DNA of 32,000 nucleotides. Source: Nitrososphaera viennensis EN76. Its GTDB lineage: Archaea > Thermoproteota > Nitrososphaeria > Nitrososphaerales > Nitrososphaeraceae. Positions 14,218-21,789 of the stretch are shown piece by piece. The position numbers were made by a program, and so were the translations under genes. Below the pieces are notes generated by a model. It saw nothing but the letters and a program-made list of their open reading frames with translations. It had not been told where the DNA came from and did not search any database. The stretch is from the NCBI RefSeq assembly GCF_000698785.1, contig NZ_CP007536.1:1800001-1832000 (forward strand), in the 5' to 3' direction. The stretch's first letter is position 1. Each line of letters begins with the position of its first letter.

Positions 14218-15189
14218 CTACACGACTCTTAGATCGAAAGGCACAAGAACTGTAAGTATGACGCCAATGATCACCGGCATCAACTTTCGCATCCTTGCAT
14301 TCACTTTCGCCGCCTGCTCTTCCTTCTTATGATCCACCAGACGCATCTGCAGGACCATGGAAACGAGATTGTTTAGAAAGAGTGCATAAGCAACTATCAT
14401 CACCTTGTCCATAAGAGTGAGGTAGCCTATCGGAGGGAGTTGGCTTGCTGCCGCCAGATGTGCTGCCACTGCAGCGAGCAATGTCGAGGCGGCAAGCCCG
14501 ATTCGAGGAGGAAAGTTCGTGGGACTCATCCAGAATGCAAGCATCGCTATGGTCGTGATGATTACGACGGGAAATATCGTCTTTAGAAATGCTGACAGCG
14601 CAGCTCTCTGGATGTCAAATGAGAAGATGTATCTCGAATAGCTTTGGTCCGGATACTGATGGACAATCACACTCTGTTCAGTCTCTCCAAGGTTCCATCC
14701 TGGCACGTTTATCAGGCTGTCGTATCCGCTCGCTGCAGTGTCGGGAACAAACACCAGCTTGTCGACGGTTTCAAACCCTTCGACTTCGACAGTCACCTGC
14801 TGTGTGTCAAACGGATAGTTTCTAAAATCCATGTTCTTTAGGAAGGTCCCTTTTACTCTCACTTCGTAATAGTTTGGCTCTACCCGGCTTGGCTCGATTT
14901 TGGCATTCATGGAATTCATGAAATCGAACGTAGGCTTTTGCTTTGTAAAATCTAAAGTAGAGTTCGAAGTGGTGAGCCAGAAATAGAAGTCTAGATCATA
15001 CGAACCGGTCTGGAGGTCAATTTTTCCAACATTTAGAAGATAAACGCCTACCGTAAATTCTTGCGGCTCTACAATGTTCGAGCTACCATCCCCATCCATG
15101 CTTGATTGCGCGTACGAACTAGGATAGGCAAAAGCGCCGCCTAGCGTTATCAGAGAGGAGAGCAAGAGCATCAGCCCTATCCGCCGCAT
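14218..15189 (-). CDS. Prokaryotic pentameric ligand-gated ion channel (Cys-loop/Pro-loop receptor family) homologue
   Basis: 323 aa. Signal peptide MRRIGLMLLLSSLITLGGAFA. Beta-rich ectodomain with the hallmark loop NYPFDTQQVTVEVEG (FPFD.Q motif). Four C-terminal TM helices with an M2-like RIGLAASTLLAAVAAHLAAASQLP. Confidence 0.8.
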   Translation of the reverse strand: MRRIGLMLLLSSLITLGGAFAYPSSYAQSSMDGDGSSNIVEPQEFTVGVYLLNVGKIDLQTGSYDLDFYFWLTTSNSTLDFTKQKPTFDFMNSMNAKIEPSRVEPNYYEVRVKGTFLKNMDFRNYPFDTQQVTVEVEGFETVDKLVFVPDTAASGYDSLINVPGWNLGETEQSVIVHQYPDQSYSRYIFSFDIQRAALSAFLKTIFPVVIITTIAMLAFWMSPTNFPPRIGLAASTLLAAVAAHLAAASQLPPIGYLTLMDKVMIVAYALFLNNLVSMVLQMRLVDHKKEEQAAKVNARMRKLMPVIIGVILTVLVPFDLRVV

Positions 15190-15549
15190 AGATATCTCTC
15201 CGTGAAGATATTATAGTATTATTTTAAGGTATTTTCTATATGGTAAGTTCGCCTCACTGATGGCGAGAGGGCGGATAATAGTTCTGCTGCAAACTCGGCG
15301 GTTCCCTTGACCTGCTGTATCTCGGTTGCTGGTGCTGCAAGTCGGTTGCTCCAAAGACAGAGCGGCAACAAAACAACCTTTAAATTCGGTACATCTGTGC
15401 TTTTCAGATAGTGGCTACCTTCGCGTACACTACGTAACTGTTGTGTATTTTGGCGAATGTAGCGTTTGCTCTGGTTAATTTCAACATTGAAAATCGCTTG
15501 TGCTTCCGTTGCATTTGCCTTGCGAACCACGCCACAAGGAGATAAAAAA

Positions 15550-15789
15550 ATGGCAAAGATCAAAATCGTGAAAGAAAAGAAAGCGACAGACTATACCTTC
15601 ACAGGTGATACCCTTGATCTTGAAAACATAGCCAAAGACGCGGAATCAATCGATGTCACGAACAAGAAAGACAAAGCAAATGAACCAGAGTATAAGCTGA
15701 GAGCAGATGCAAAGCTAGACAAGATAAAGCACAAGTCCAAGATAACCGGTGGCCACAGCATGCAAGGTCACTCCCCTGTCTACGAATAG
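15550..15789 (+). CDS. Hypothetical small Lys-rich protein
   Basis: ATG at 15550, preceded by GGAGATAAAAAA. 79 aa (MAKIKIVKEKK...). No recognisable domain. Confidence 0.35.
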   Translation: MAKIKIVKEKKATDYTFTGDTLDLENIAKDAESIDVTNKKDKANEPEYKLRADAKLDKIKHKSKITGGHSMQGHSPVYE

Positions 15790-15817
15790 AACCTGCAGCA
15801 TCAATATCCATCAAGGG

Positions 15818-16357
15818 TTATTGAAGGGTTAAGAAGAGCATCAAGGCAGTATTGAACCATGCCAGAAAGTTCCGCCAGTATTCTATCACAATCTCTTTTC
15901 GCTTCGTAGCTTCAATGGGTACACCAAAGCTAACAATGGTCTCCGGCATCAATTTCAGCTGGTCGGATATTCCGTGAACCACATTAACCAGATAGCTAAT
16001 CCTGCGAGCCGGAATCCCGCCTGACTTCAAGTACGTTATCCATTTCTGTATGGAGGGTAGCTGGTTGAACGGTTCGCTTTCTAGCTGCCTGTATTCTTGC
16101 GCTAGCTGTTTTTGTAATGAGATTACAATGTTCCTATTAGAATCGCGCTTTATTCCCCATTTGCCCTCTCTATCCATCTCTGCCAGATAACGCGAGACAG
16201 TGCTGTGGTCCTTGCCTATGTCAACGCCTAATTCTCTAGTAGTATAGTTGCCGTTCTGTATGCTGATTGCTATGGCTTCCTTGATCTTTTCCCTGTCCTT
16301 GACCTTTAGACCCTTGACCCATAAGCAGCTCTTTCTCCGTACAAGCGCCTGAGCCAC
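15818..16357 (-). CDS. HTH protein whose C-terminal part resembles an integrase N-terminal (core-binding) domain; possibly truncated
   Basis: 179 aa. HTH segment: YTTRELGVDIGKDHSTVSRYLAEM. It is followed by WITYLKSGGIPARRISYLVNVVHGISDQLKL, which is reminiscent of the SAM-like N-domain of tyrosine recombinases. No catalytic domain is present. Confidence 0.45.
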   Translation of the reverse strand: MAQALVRRKSCLWVKGLKVKDREKIKEAIAISIQNGNYTTRELGVDIGKDHSTVSRYLAEMDREGKWGIKRDSNRNIVISLQKQLAQEYRQLESEPFNQLPSIQKWITYLKSGGIPARRISYLVNVVHGISDQLKLMPETIVSFGVPIEATKRKEIVIEYWRNFLAWFNTALMLFLTLQ

Positions 16358-16716
16358 TAACCATCTACCTCTTCTTTAGTAGCAGCAATACCTAGAGCTG
16401 ATGGAAGCAGTGACGTGGTAGGGGGATAGATATACCGAATAATAGATAATAAAGTCGGAAAATTTGTTAGTGACACTTGATAAAAGCTAAAGCAATAGTT
16501 TAGTGCCTGTACATTTTCAGGGCTTTCCCGACATTTTGCGCCTGTGCAACGGATTATGCAACGCTCTTGTTGCATTGGACGCTCAAAGGAAGCGACTTTC
16601 TCACATAATTAATTCTCAAGATTCGGGCAACGACAAGTTTCAATCCTTGTTATGGTGAATTCGTCTTTCAGACAGCGCCGCGGACATCCCATTTCGTGCT
16701 CAAAATTGCAATCACC

Positions 16717-17738
16717 GGACACACAAAATCTGTTCGCTCATTTCCGAATCTTTCAGCCAAGCTTAAAGCTCGCTTCTCGTAACATGCTCCGATGTTCACC
16801 CTGACCACATCCCTCCCTGACGAAAAGTGGTGCGTCGATGTACTGAGAAAGGTCCGGTGGAGCGACCACGTAACATGCCCCTACTGCAGTTCAGGTAATG
16901 TGAAGAAGGACGGCAGGTACAGGTCGTACCAAAAGTACCACTGTAAATGCTGCAAGAAATGGTTCAACGACAAGACGGGCATCATATTCTACTATTCACA
17001 CTCGCCATCGAAAACATGGTTCCTGGTCCTGTACCTATTCTTCGTATTGTGGCCAGGCTGCTCCATAAGGGAAGTATCGCTTGAAACGAATACACCGTAC
17101 AATAGATGCTACAGGTTCGTCAGGACAGTCATGGAGAAACTATCGTCATTTCCTTCACCCAACTCGACGGTACTGCAGAAAGCGACGAGTTCTACATCAA
17201 GGCCGGACTGAAGGGCAGACCATACCATAAGGAAATCATCCGGCTGGGTAATAAGCCTAGAAGGCGCGGACTAAAGCCATGGAGGGGAAGGGGCACATTT
17301 GAGAAGGAACAACCAATGATAACCTGCATCCATGAGAGAGGCAGTGGAATGACCCTGTTTGACGTGCCTATACAGCAGCCATTACTTGACGTCGTATGCA
17401 GTAGCGTCAGCTATGGCTCTACTGTGTACACAGACGAGTACAGGGCGTACGGCCAGCTGCAAGAACACGGGTTTGTACACGAACGCGTGGGCCACTCCGG
17501 GAAGGAATACGCAAGGGGCGATGTTCACGTGAACAACTGCGAGTGCAGGAGCAACCTGTGCCAGCTGTGGCTGAAAAAGTTCATGGGCGTCAACAGGTAC
17601 AATCTGCAGGCGTACGTGAAATCATTCCAGTTTGTCCATAATCTGAGAGACAAGACTAGGGAAGAAAGGTTCAGACGAATTCTCTGTTACAATTAGCTGA
17701 AACATTTGTGAATAAGAGCGAAATCTATTTTTAAATCC
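16717..17738 (+). mobile_element. IS1595-family-like insertion sequence (boundaries approximate)
   Basis: Imperfect inverted termini. The left end is GGACACACAAAATCTGTTCGCTC...TTTCAGCC. The reverse complement of the right end is GGATTTAAAAATAGATTTCGCTC...TTTCAGCT. I could find no clear TSD. Confidence 0.6.
16792..17696 (+). pseudogene. IS1595-type transposase split by a -1 frameshift
   Basis: ORF 16792-17211 carries the zinc ribbon (CPYCSSGNV..CKCCKKWF). ORF 17106-17696 carries the DDE core (ESDEFYIKAG, TDEYRAYGQL, HVNNCE). The frames overlap around 17150 with no slippery heptamer. Confidence 0.75.
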
Positions 17739-17816
17739 ATTTCTATCGATAACGAGAAATTTGAAGCTGGTAATATAAGAAGAACAAAGAAAAATGTAGG
17801 GCAATAGCTGCTACTA

Positions 17817-18152
17817 TTAAGCGAGCAGCGCACCGCCCCTAATCTTCGGTGCCAAGAGTCTAGCCGCATATATTGCCGTTACAGCTGCCGCACCAGCAAT
17901 CCCAATCCACGGAAGCAACGTCATAAGATCGACACCGTACAACACAGGAACGCCATTTCCAAATGCTCCTGGTTGAGTGGCGGCGTGTACCTTTTGCTGA
18001 GCCAGCCTCAACATTTCCATGTACTCTGGAGGCAAGCTCGTGTTGGTGCTAGCTGCAAATGCCATACGGGCAGTGGATACGATGGTCGCTATTGTTGCCG
18101 TAGCAGCAGCGGCTATCTTGGCCAGCATGTTTCTTACTGGTCCGCCGATCAT
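17817..18152 (-). CDS. Hypothetical small membrane/secreted protein
   Basis: 111 aa. It has an Ala-rich hydrophobic N-terminus and a C-terminal TM-like segment (LLPWIGIAGAAAVTAIYAARLL). Confidence 0.4.
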   Translation of the reverse strand: MIGGPVRNMLAKIAAAATATIATIVSTARMAFAASTNTSLPPEYMEMLRLAQQKVHAATQPGAFGNGVPVLYGVDLMTLLPWIGIAGAAAVTAIYAARLLAPKIRGGALLA

Positions 18153-18311
18153 ATGACATCACTTAAATTTACTAATCGGCAGCGAAAATAAATTTTTTAC
18201 TTCATCACAAAGTCTAGCTGTCAAAAGAAACACTGATTACTAATAATTTCTGAAATTAAAAATTAAATATTAGTTACTCACGTACGTTGACTATCAACGA
18301 GGTACTGCAAA

Positions 18312-18470
18312 ATGGAATCGCTTTGCAGAGCTTGTGGATCCGAACTTGAGGTTGTAATGTTGTGCGAAGGCTGCAGCGAGCCTGTGCATTGGAGATGCGA
18401 TAACTGTCTCCGCGAGAAAGATTCCTCTCATCTGCACAGGGCAATAGTGCAATTTGAGCTTGCACGATAA
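18312..18470 (+). CDS. Small zinc-ribbon protein (52 aa, below the ORF-track cutoff)
   Basis: My own translation is MESLCRACGSELEVVMLCEGCSEPVHWRCDNCLREKDSSHLHRAIVQFELAR*, with three CxxC pairs. It is followed by the T-rich tract CTTTTTTATC. It competes with two implausible minus-strand track ORFs. Confidence 0.45.
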   Translation: MESLCRACGSELEVVMLCEGCSEPVHWRCDNCLREKDSSHLHRAIVQFELAR

Positions 18471-18670
18471 AGGCTGCAGCATCTCTGCTTTTTTATCATA
18501 CAAGAATAGAGTTCTTCTTGTTTTTGATTTCTATTGTTTAACTGACATTTGGTTGCGCAGAATGAATGGAAAAGGTCTCGCAGCCAATCATCAGCTGATA
18601 ATCTGGCATCAGGAAAAAGCATCTATGGAGAATGCAAAAATAAGGATTAAATATCCCGTTACACACTACG

Positions 18671-18681
18671 TGTTACTAACA
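18671..18681. promoter_or_regulatory. TGTTACTAACA 11-mer upstream of the thermosome gene
   Basis: Identical to the 11-mer at 21117-21127 upstream of hsp20. It lies between the TATA-like ATTAAATAT (about 18645) and ATG 18698. Confidence 0.4.
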
Positions 18682-18697
18682 TAGGTGAACAAAATCT

Positions 18698-20344
18698 ATG
18701 TCAGCACAACAAGTTCCTATAGTCGTTTTGAAAGAAGGTACGTCAGAAACAAAAGGCAACCAGGCGCAAAGAAACAACATCACTGCCGCAAAGGCAATCG
18801 CTGAAATTGTCCGCACATCGCTGGGACCTCGTGGAATGGACAAGATGCTCGTCGACAGCCTCGGCGACGTCACCATAACAAACGACGGTGCCACCATCTT
18901 GAAGGAGATAGACGTGCAGCATCCGGCTGCAAAGATGATGGTCGAGATTAGCAAGGCGACGGACAACGAGGTCGGCGACGGAACGACATCTACGGTTGTC
19001 CTCGCCGGATCCCTCTTGGAAAAGGCGGAGGAACTGATCACAAAGAATGTCCATCCTACCGTGGTTGTCGAAGGCTTCAAGAAAGCATCATACAAGGCAA
19101 TTGAGACGCTGCGCGAAATTGCCACCAAGGTGGATCCTGCAGATAAGGCATTTTTGAACAAGATCGCTCACACATCGATGGCTTCAAAGATAGTATCAGC
19201 AGATTCCAAAGAACTCTCTGAAATGGTAGTTGATGCAGTCCTTGCCGTTGCTGAGCGATCTGGCGACGACCAATACAAGGTAGACACTGACAACATAAAA
19301 GTGGAAAAGAAGGCCGGCGGAAGCATCCAGGACACCAAGCTCATCCATGGCGTCGTGCTCGACAAGGAAGTCGTGCACGGCGGGATGCCAAAGCGCATCG
19401 AAAATGCAAAGATAGCCGTTATCAACTCGGCTCTTGAAATTGAAAAGACCGAGTTTGACGCCAAGATAAACATCAATTCGCCGGACCAGATGCAGCAGTT
19501 CATAGAGGAAGAAAACAGAATGCTCAAGGCGATGGTGGACAAGGTATCTGCTGCAGGAGCCAACGTCCTCCTTTGCCAGAAGGGAATCGACGATATCGCC
19601 CAGCACTATCTTGCAAAGGCCGGCATCATGGCAATTCGCAGAATAAAGGAAAGCGACATGTACAAGCTCTCCAAGGCAACGGGCGCTAGGATTATCAACA
19701 ACCTTAACGAGCTTGCGGCAAGTGACCTGGGCTTTGCAAAGGTGGTCGAAGAGCGCAAGGTCGAGACCGACAAGTGGGTATTTGTCGAAGGCTGCAAGAA
19801 CCCCAAATCGGTATCGATCCTAGTCCGGGGCGGCTCACAGAGAGTAGTTGATGAAGCAGAAAGATCGGTCCATGACGCGATAATGGCTGTCAAAGATGTA
19901 GTTGAATACCCATACGTACTGGTTGGAGGCGGAGCCCCGGAAGCACTGGTCTCGCTGAAACTGCGAGAATGGGCCGCAACGCTGTCTGGAAGGGCGCAGT
20001 TGGCTGCCGAAAAGTTTGCAGACGGCATCGAAACTATACCGATCGTTCTGGCAGAAAATGCCGGCATGGACCCACTCGATACGCAGGTACAACTTCGGTC
20101 AAAGAGCAGCACGGGAAAAGCGCGCTATGGAATCGATGTCATAAACGGCAAAGTGGCGGACCTAGCTGCAAAGGAGATCTATGAGCCATTGGCAGTCAAG
20201 GAGCAGATCATAAATGCCGCCACAGAGGCAGCGTGCATGATCTTGCGCATAGACGACGTGATAGCTTCGTCAAAGACAAAAAATGACATGCCAAAGCCTG
20301 GTGGCGGGCCTGGTGGCGGCGGAATGGGCGACATGGACATGTAG
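18698..20344 (+). CDS. ths: Thermosome subunit (group II chaperonin)
   Basis: 548 aa. Motifs GPRGMDKML, ITNDGATIL, HPAAKMMVE and GDGTTS, plus a C-terminal GGM-rich tail (GGGPGGGGMGDMDM). Confidence 0.95.
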   Translation: MSAQQVPIVVLKEGTSETKGNQAQRNNITAAKAIAEIVRTSLGPRGMDKMLVDSLGDVTITNDGATILKEIDVQHPAAKMMVEISKATDNEVGDGTTSTVVLAGSLLEKAEELITKNVHPTVVVEGFKKASYKAIETLREIATKVDPADKAFLNKIAHTSMASKIVSADSKELSEMVVDAVLAVAERSGDDQYKVDTDNIKVEKKAGGSIQDTKLIHGVVLDKEVVHGGMPKRIENAKIAVINSALEIEKTEFDAKININSPDQMQQFIEEENRMLKAMVDKVSAAGANVLLCQKGIDDIAQHYLAKAGIMAIRRIKESDMYKLSKATGARIINNLNELAASDLGFAKVVEERKVETDKWVFVEGCKNPKSVSILVRGGSQRVVDEAERSVHDAIMAVKDVVEYPYVLVGGGAPEALVSLKLREWAATLSGRAQLAAEKFADGIETIPIVLAENAGMDPLDTQVQLRSKSSTGKARYGIDVINGKVADLAAKEIYEPLAVKEQIINAATEAACMILRIDDVIASSKTKNDMPKPGGGPGGGGMGDMDM

Positions 20345-20416
20345 GATGCTGCTCCATGTCCGACTCTTCCTTTTTATTTTGGCAAGGTGATTTGATAGTT
20401 GGCCGGGCAAGCGCAA

Positions 20417-21085
20417 ATGGAATCTGACATAATACTAGACATTTTGGGAAATGATACTAGGCGGAAGATACTCGCTATGCTGTCTCAAGAGCCGATGTAT
20501 TTCAACCAGCTGGCAAGGGAGATAGATGTTGGCCAACAGGCAGTGTTACGGCACCTACAGGCTCTCGAAGAAAGTGGCCTGATTGAAACATATGCTGAAA
20601 AAAGCAGCCTCGGAGCACCGGACAGAAAATACTACCGCCTCAATAATTCGTTCATTTTGACCGTCTCGCTATCTGAAGATGACTTTACGGTAACAAAGCA
20701 AGAGATTGTAGAGTCACGGCATAAGGAGTCAAAGAAATACTACAAGGTGCTTGATCTAATGCCTGAAGATGCTGGAGAAGCACTAGCTTCGCTAAAGGCA
20801 AGTCTGTCTAACATAGAAACAGAAATGTCCAATTTGGAATCGCGCCTGAACGACCTGCGTGCGCTAAAGCAGCTCATCCTAAATAAACTCCACAAGATTG
20901 GAATGGAGGGCTTTGAAGAAGACGAGCGGAAGATCCTCTATATGATAGTGAAAGAATCGCCAAGCTCTATAGCCGAGCTGTCAGACATGATGGATGAAAA
21001 GGAGTCTGACCTGAAAACGATTCTAAGTGGAATGAGAAAAAAGATGAACAATGACAGTGCAAAGGTCTTGCTCGACCTACAATAG
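20417..21085 (+). CDS. ArsR/Phr-like wHTH transcriptional regulator with C-terminal coiled coil (candidate heat-shock regulator)
   Basis: ILGNDTRRKILAMLSQEPMYFNQLAREIDVGQQAVLRHLQALEESGLIE is an ArsR-type wHTH, followed by a long helical C-terminus. The gene sits between the thermosome and hsp20 genes. The start is taken at MESDIIL. Confidence 0.7.
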   Translation: MESDIILDILGNDTRRKILAMLSQEPMYFNQLAREIDVGQQAVLRHLQALEESGLIETYAEKSSLGAPDRKYYRLNNSFILTVSLSEDDFTVTKQEIVESRHKESKKYYKVLDLMPEDAGEALASLKASLSNIETEMSNLESRLNDLRALKQLILNKLHKIGMEGFEEDERKILYMIVKESPSSIAELSDMMDEKESDLKTILSGMRKKMNNDSAKVLLDLQ

Positions 21086-21116
21086 TTATGTGAATCTACA
21101 CTCATCTTCCCCCGTC

Positions 21117-21141
21117 TGTTACTAACAGAATGTGAGTAACA
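21117..21141. promoter_or_regulatory. TGTTACTAACA 11-mer forming the dyad TGTTACT-N11-AGTAACA upstream of hsp20
   Basis: TGTTACT at 21117-21123 and its reverse complement AGTAACA at 21135-21141. The first 11 nt are identical to 18671-18681. Confidence 0.4.
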
Positions 21142-21186
21142 AATAAATCTCTCCGGGTGTATCTATTGTGCAGGTGAACTTCACAA

Positions 21187-21723
21187 ATGTGGAGAGATAG
21201 AGAATTCGGTTTCGGAAGGCAACTGTTTGAAGACATTGACAGGGAATTCGCCGAAGCGGAAGAGATGCTGAATAGGATGTTCAGGACAGTCAGAGGCATG
21301 AGACCTGAGGAAATAGCCACGAACTTTCCGTATTACTATGGGTATCAGGTCACTATAGGTCCTGATGGCAAGCCACACGTGAGAGAATTTGGCAACATCA
21401 GACCCAGCACAAAAGGCTTGGTGGCACCGAGCGAAACCCGAGAGCCACTGGTAGACACCATCTTGGATGAAAAAGAAAACACGATGACCATCACAGCAGA
21501 GATGCCCGGTGTGACAAAGCAGGACATCAAAGTCAGTGTATCTGAAGACCGTGTCACCCTACACGCAGAAAAAGGCGACAAAAAGTACCATACCGAGATA
21601 CCTATCGATGTAGCGCTGGATGACAAGTCTGCAAAGGCTACATACGCAAATGGCATACTGGAACTGAAGATAAAGCTGAAAGAGGCTCCGAAGCCAAAGG
21701 CGACAGACGTGAAGGTGGAGTAA
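21187..21723 (+). CDS. hsp20: Small heat-shock protein, Hsp20/alpha-crystallin family
   Basis: 178 aa. Alpha-crystallin domain: TMTITAEMPGVTKQDIKVSVSEDRVTLHAEK...ATYANGILELKI. Confidence 0.9.
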   Translation: MWRDREFGFGRQLFEDIDREFAEAEEMLNRMFRTVRGMRPEEIATNFPYYYGYQVTIGPDGKPHVREFGNIRPSTKGLVAPSETREPLVDTILDEKENTMTITAEMPGVTKQDIKVSVSEDRVTLHAEKGDKKYHTEIPIDVALDDKSAKATYANGILELKIKLKEAPKPKATDVKVE

Positions 21724-21789
21724 AAACGGGTCAAAAAGCTCCTACCCCTTAATTTGTTGTTGTATAAAGAAAAAGAGGCGAAAAACTAG

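Noticed and set aside
15219-15563. 114-aa minus-strand ORF in the pLGIC upstream region, and the 72-aa ORF 16357-16575
   Set aside because: No motifs were seen. They occupy promoter or intergenic DNA of better-supported genes, so I do not consider them genes.
16637-16673. CRISPR-repeat-like 37-mer GTTTCAATCCTTGTTATGGTGAATTCGTCTTTCAGAC, and a T-arm-like ACAAG-TTTCAATC-CTTGT
   Set aside because: It occurs once only, with no spacer-repeat periodicity anywhere in the window. The loop is 8 nt and no acceptor, D or anticodon arms can be built. It is neither a CRISPR array nor a tRNA.
17106-17211. Programmed -1 ribosomal frameshift in the IS1595-like transposase
   Set aside because: No slippery heptamer or downstream structure is evident in the overlap. 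The family normally encodes one ORF, so it is treated as an inactivating indel.
18676-20184. Multiple long ORFs antisense to or overlapping the thermosome gene (for example 18676-19161, 19168-19563, 19196-19606 and 19606-20112, plus small plus-strand off-frame ORFs)
   Set aside because: They lie entirely within a confidently identified, highly conserved chaperonin gene and have low-complexity Ser/Ala/Thr-rich translations. These are typical shadow ORFs.
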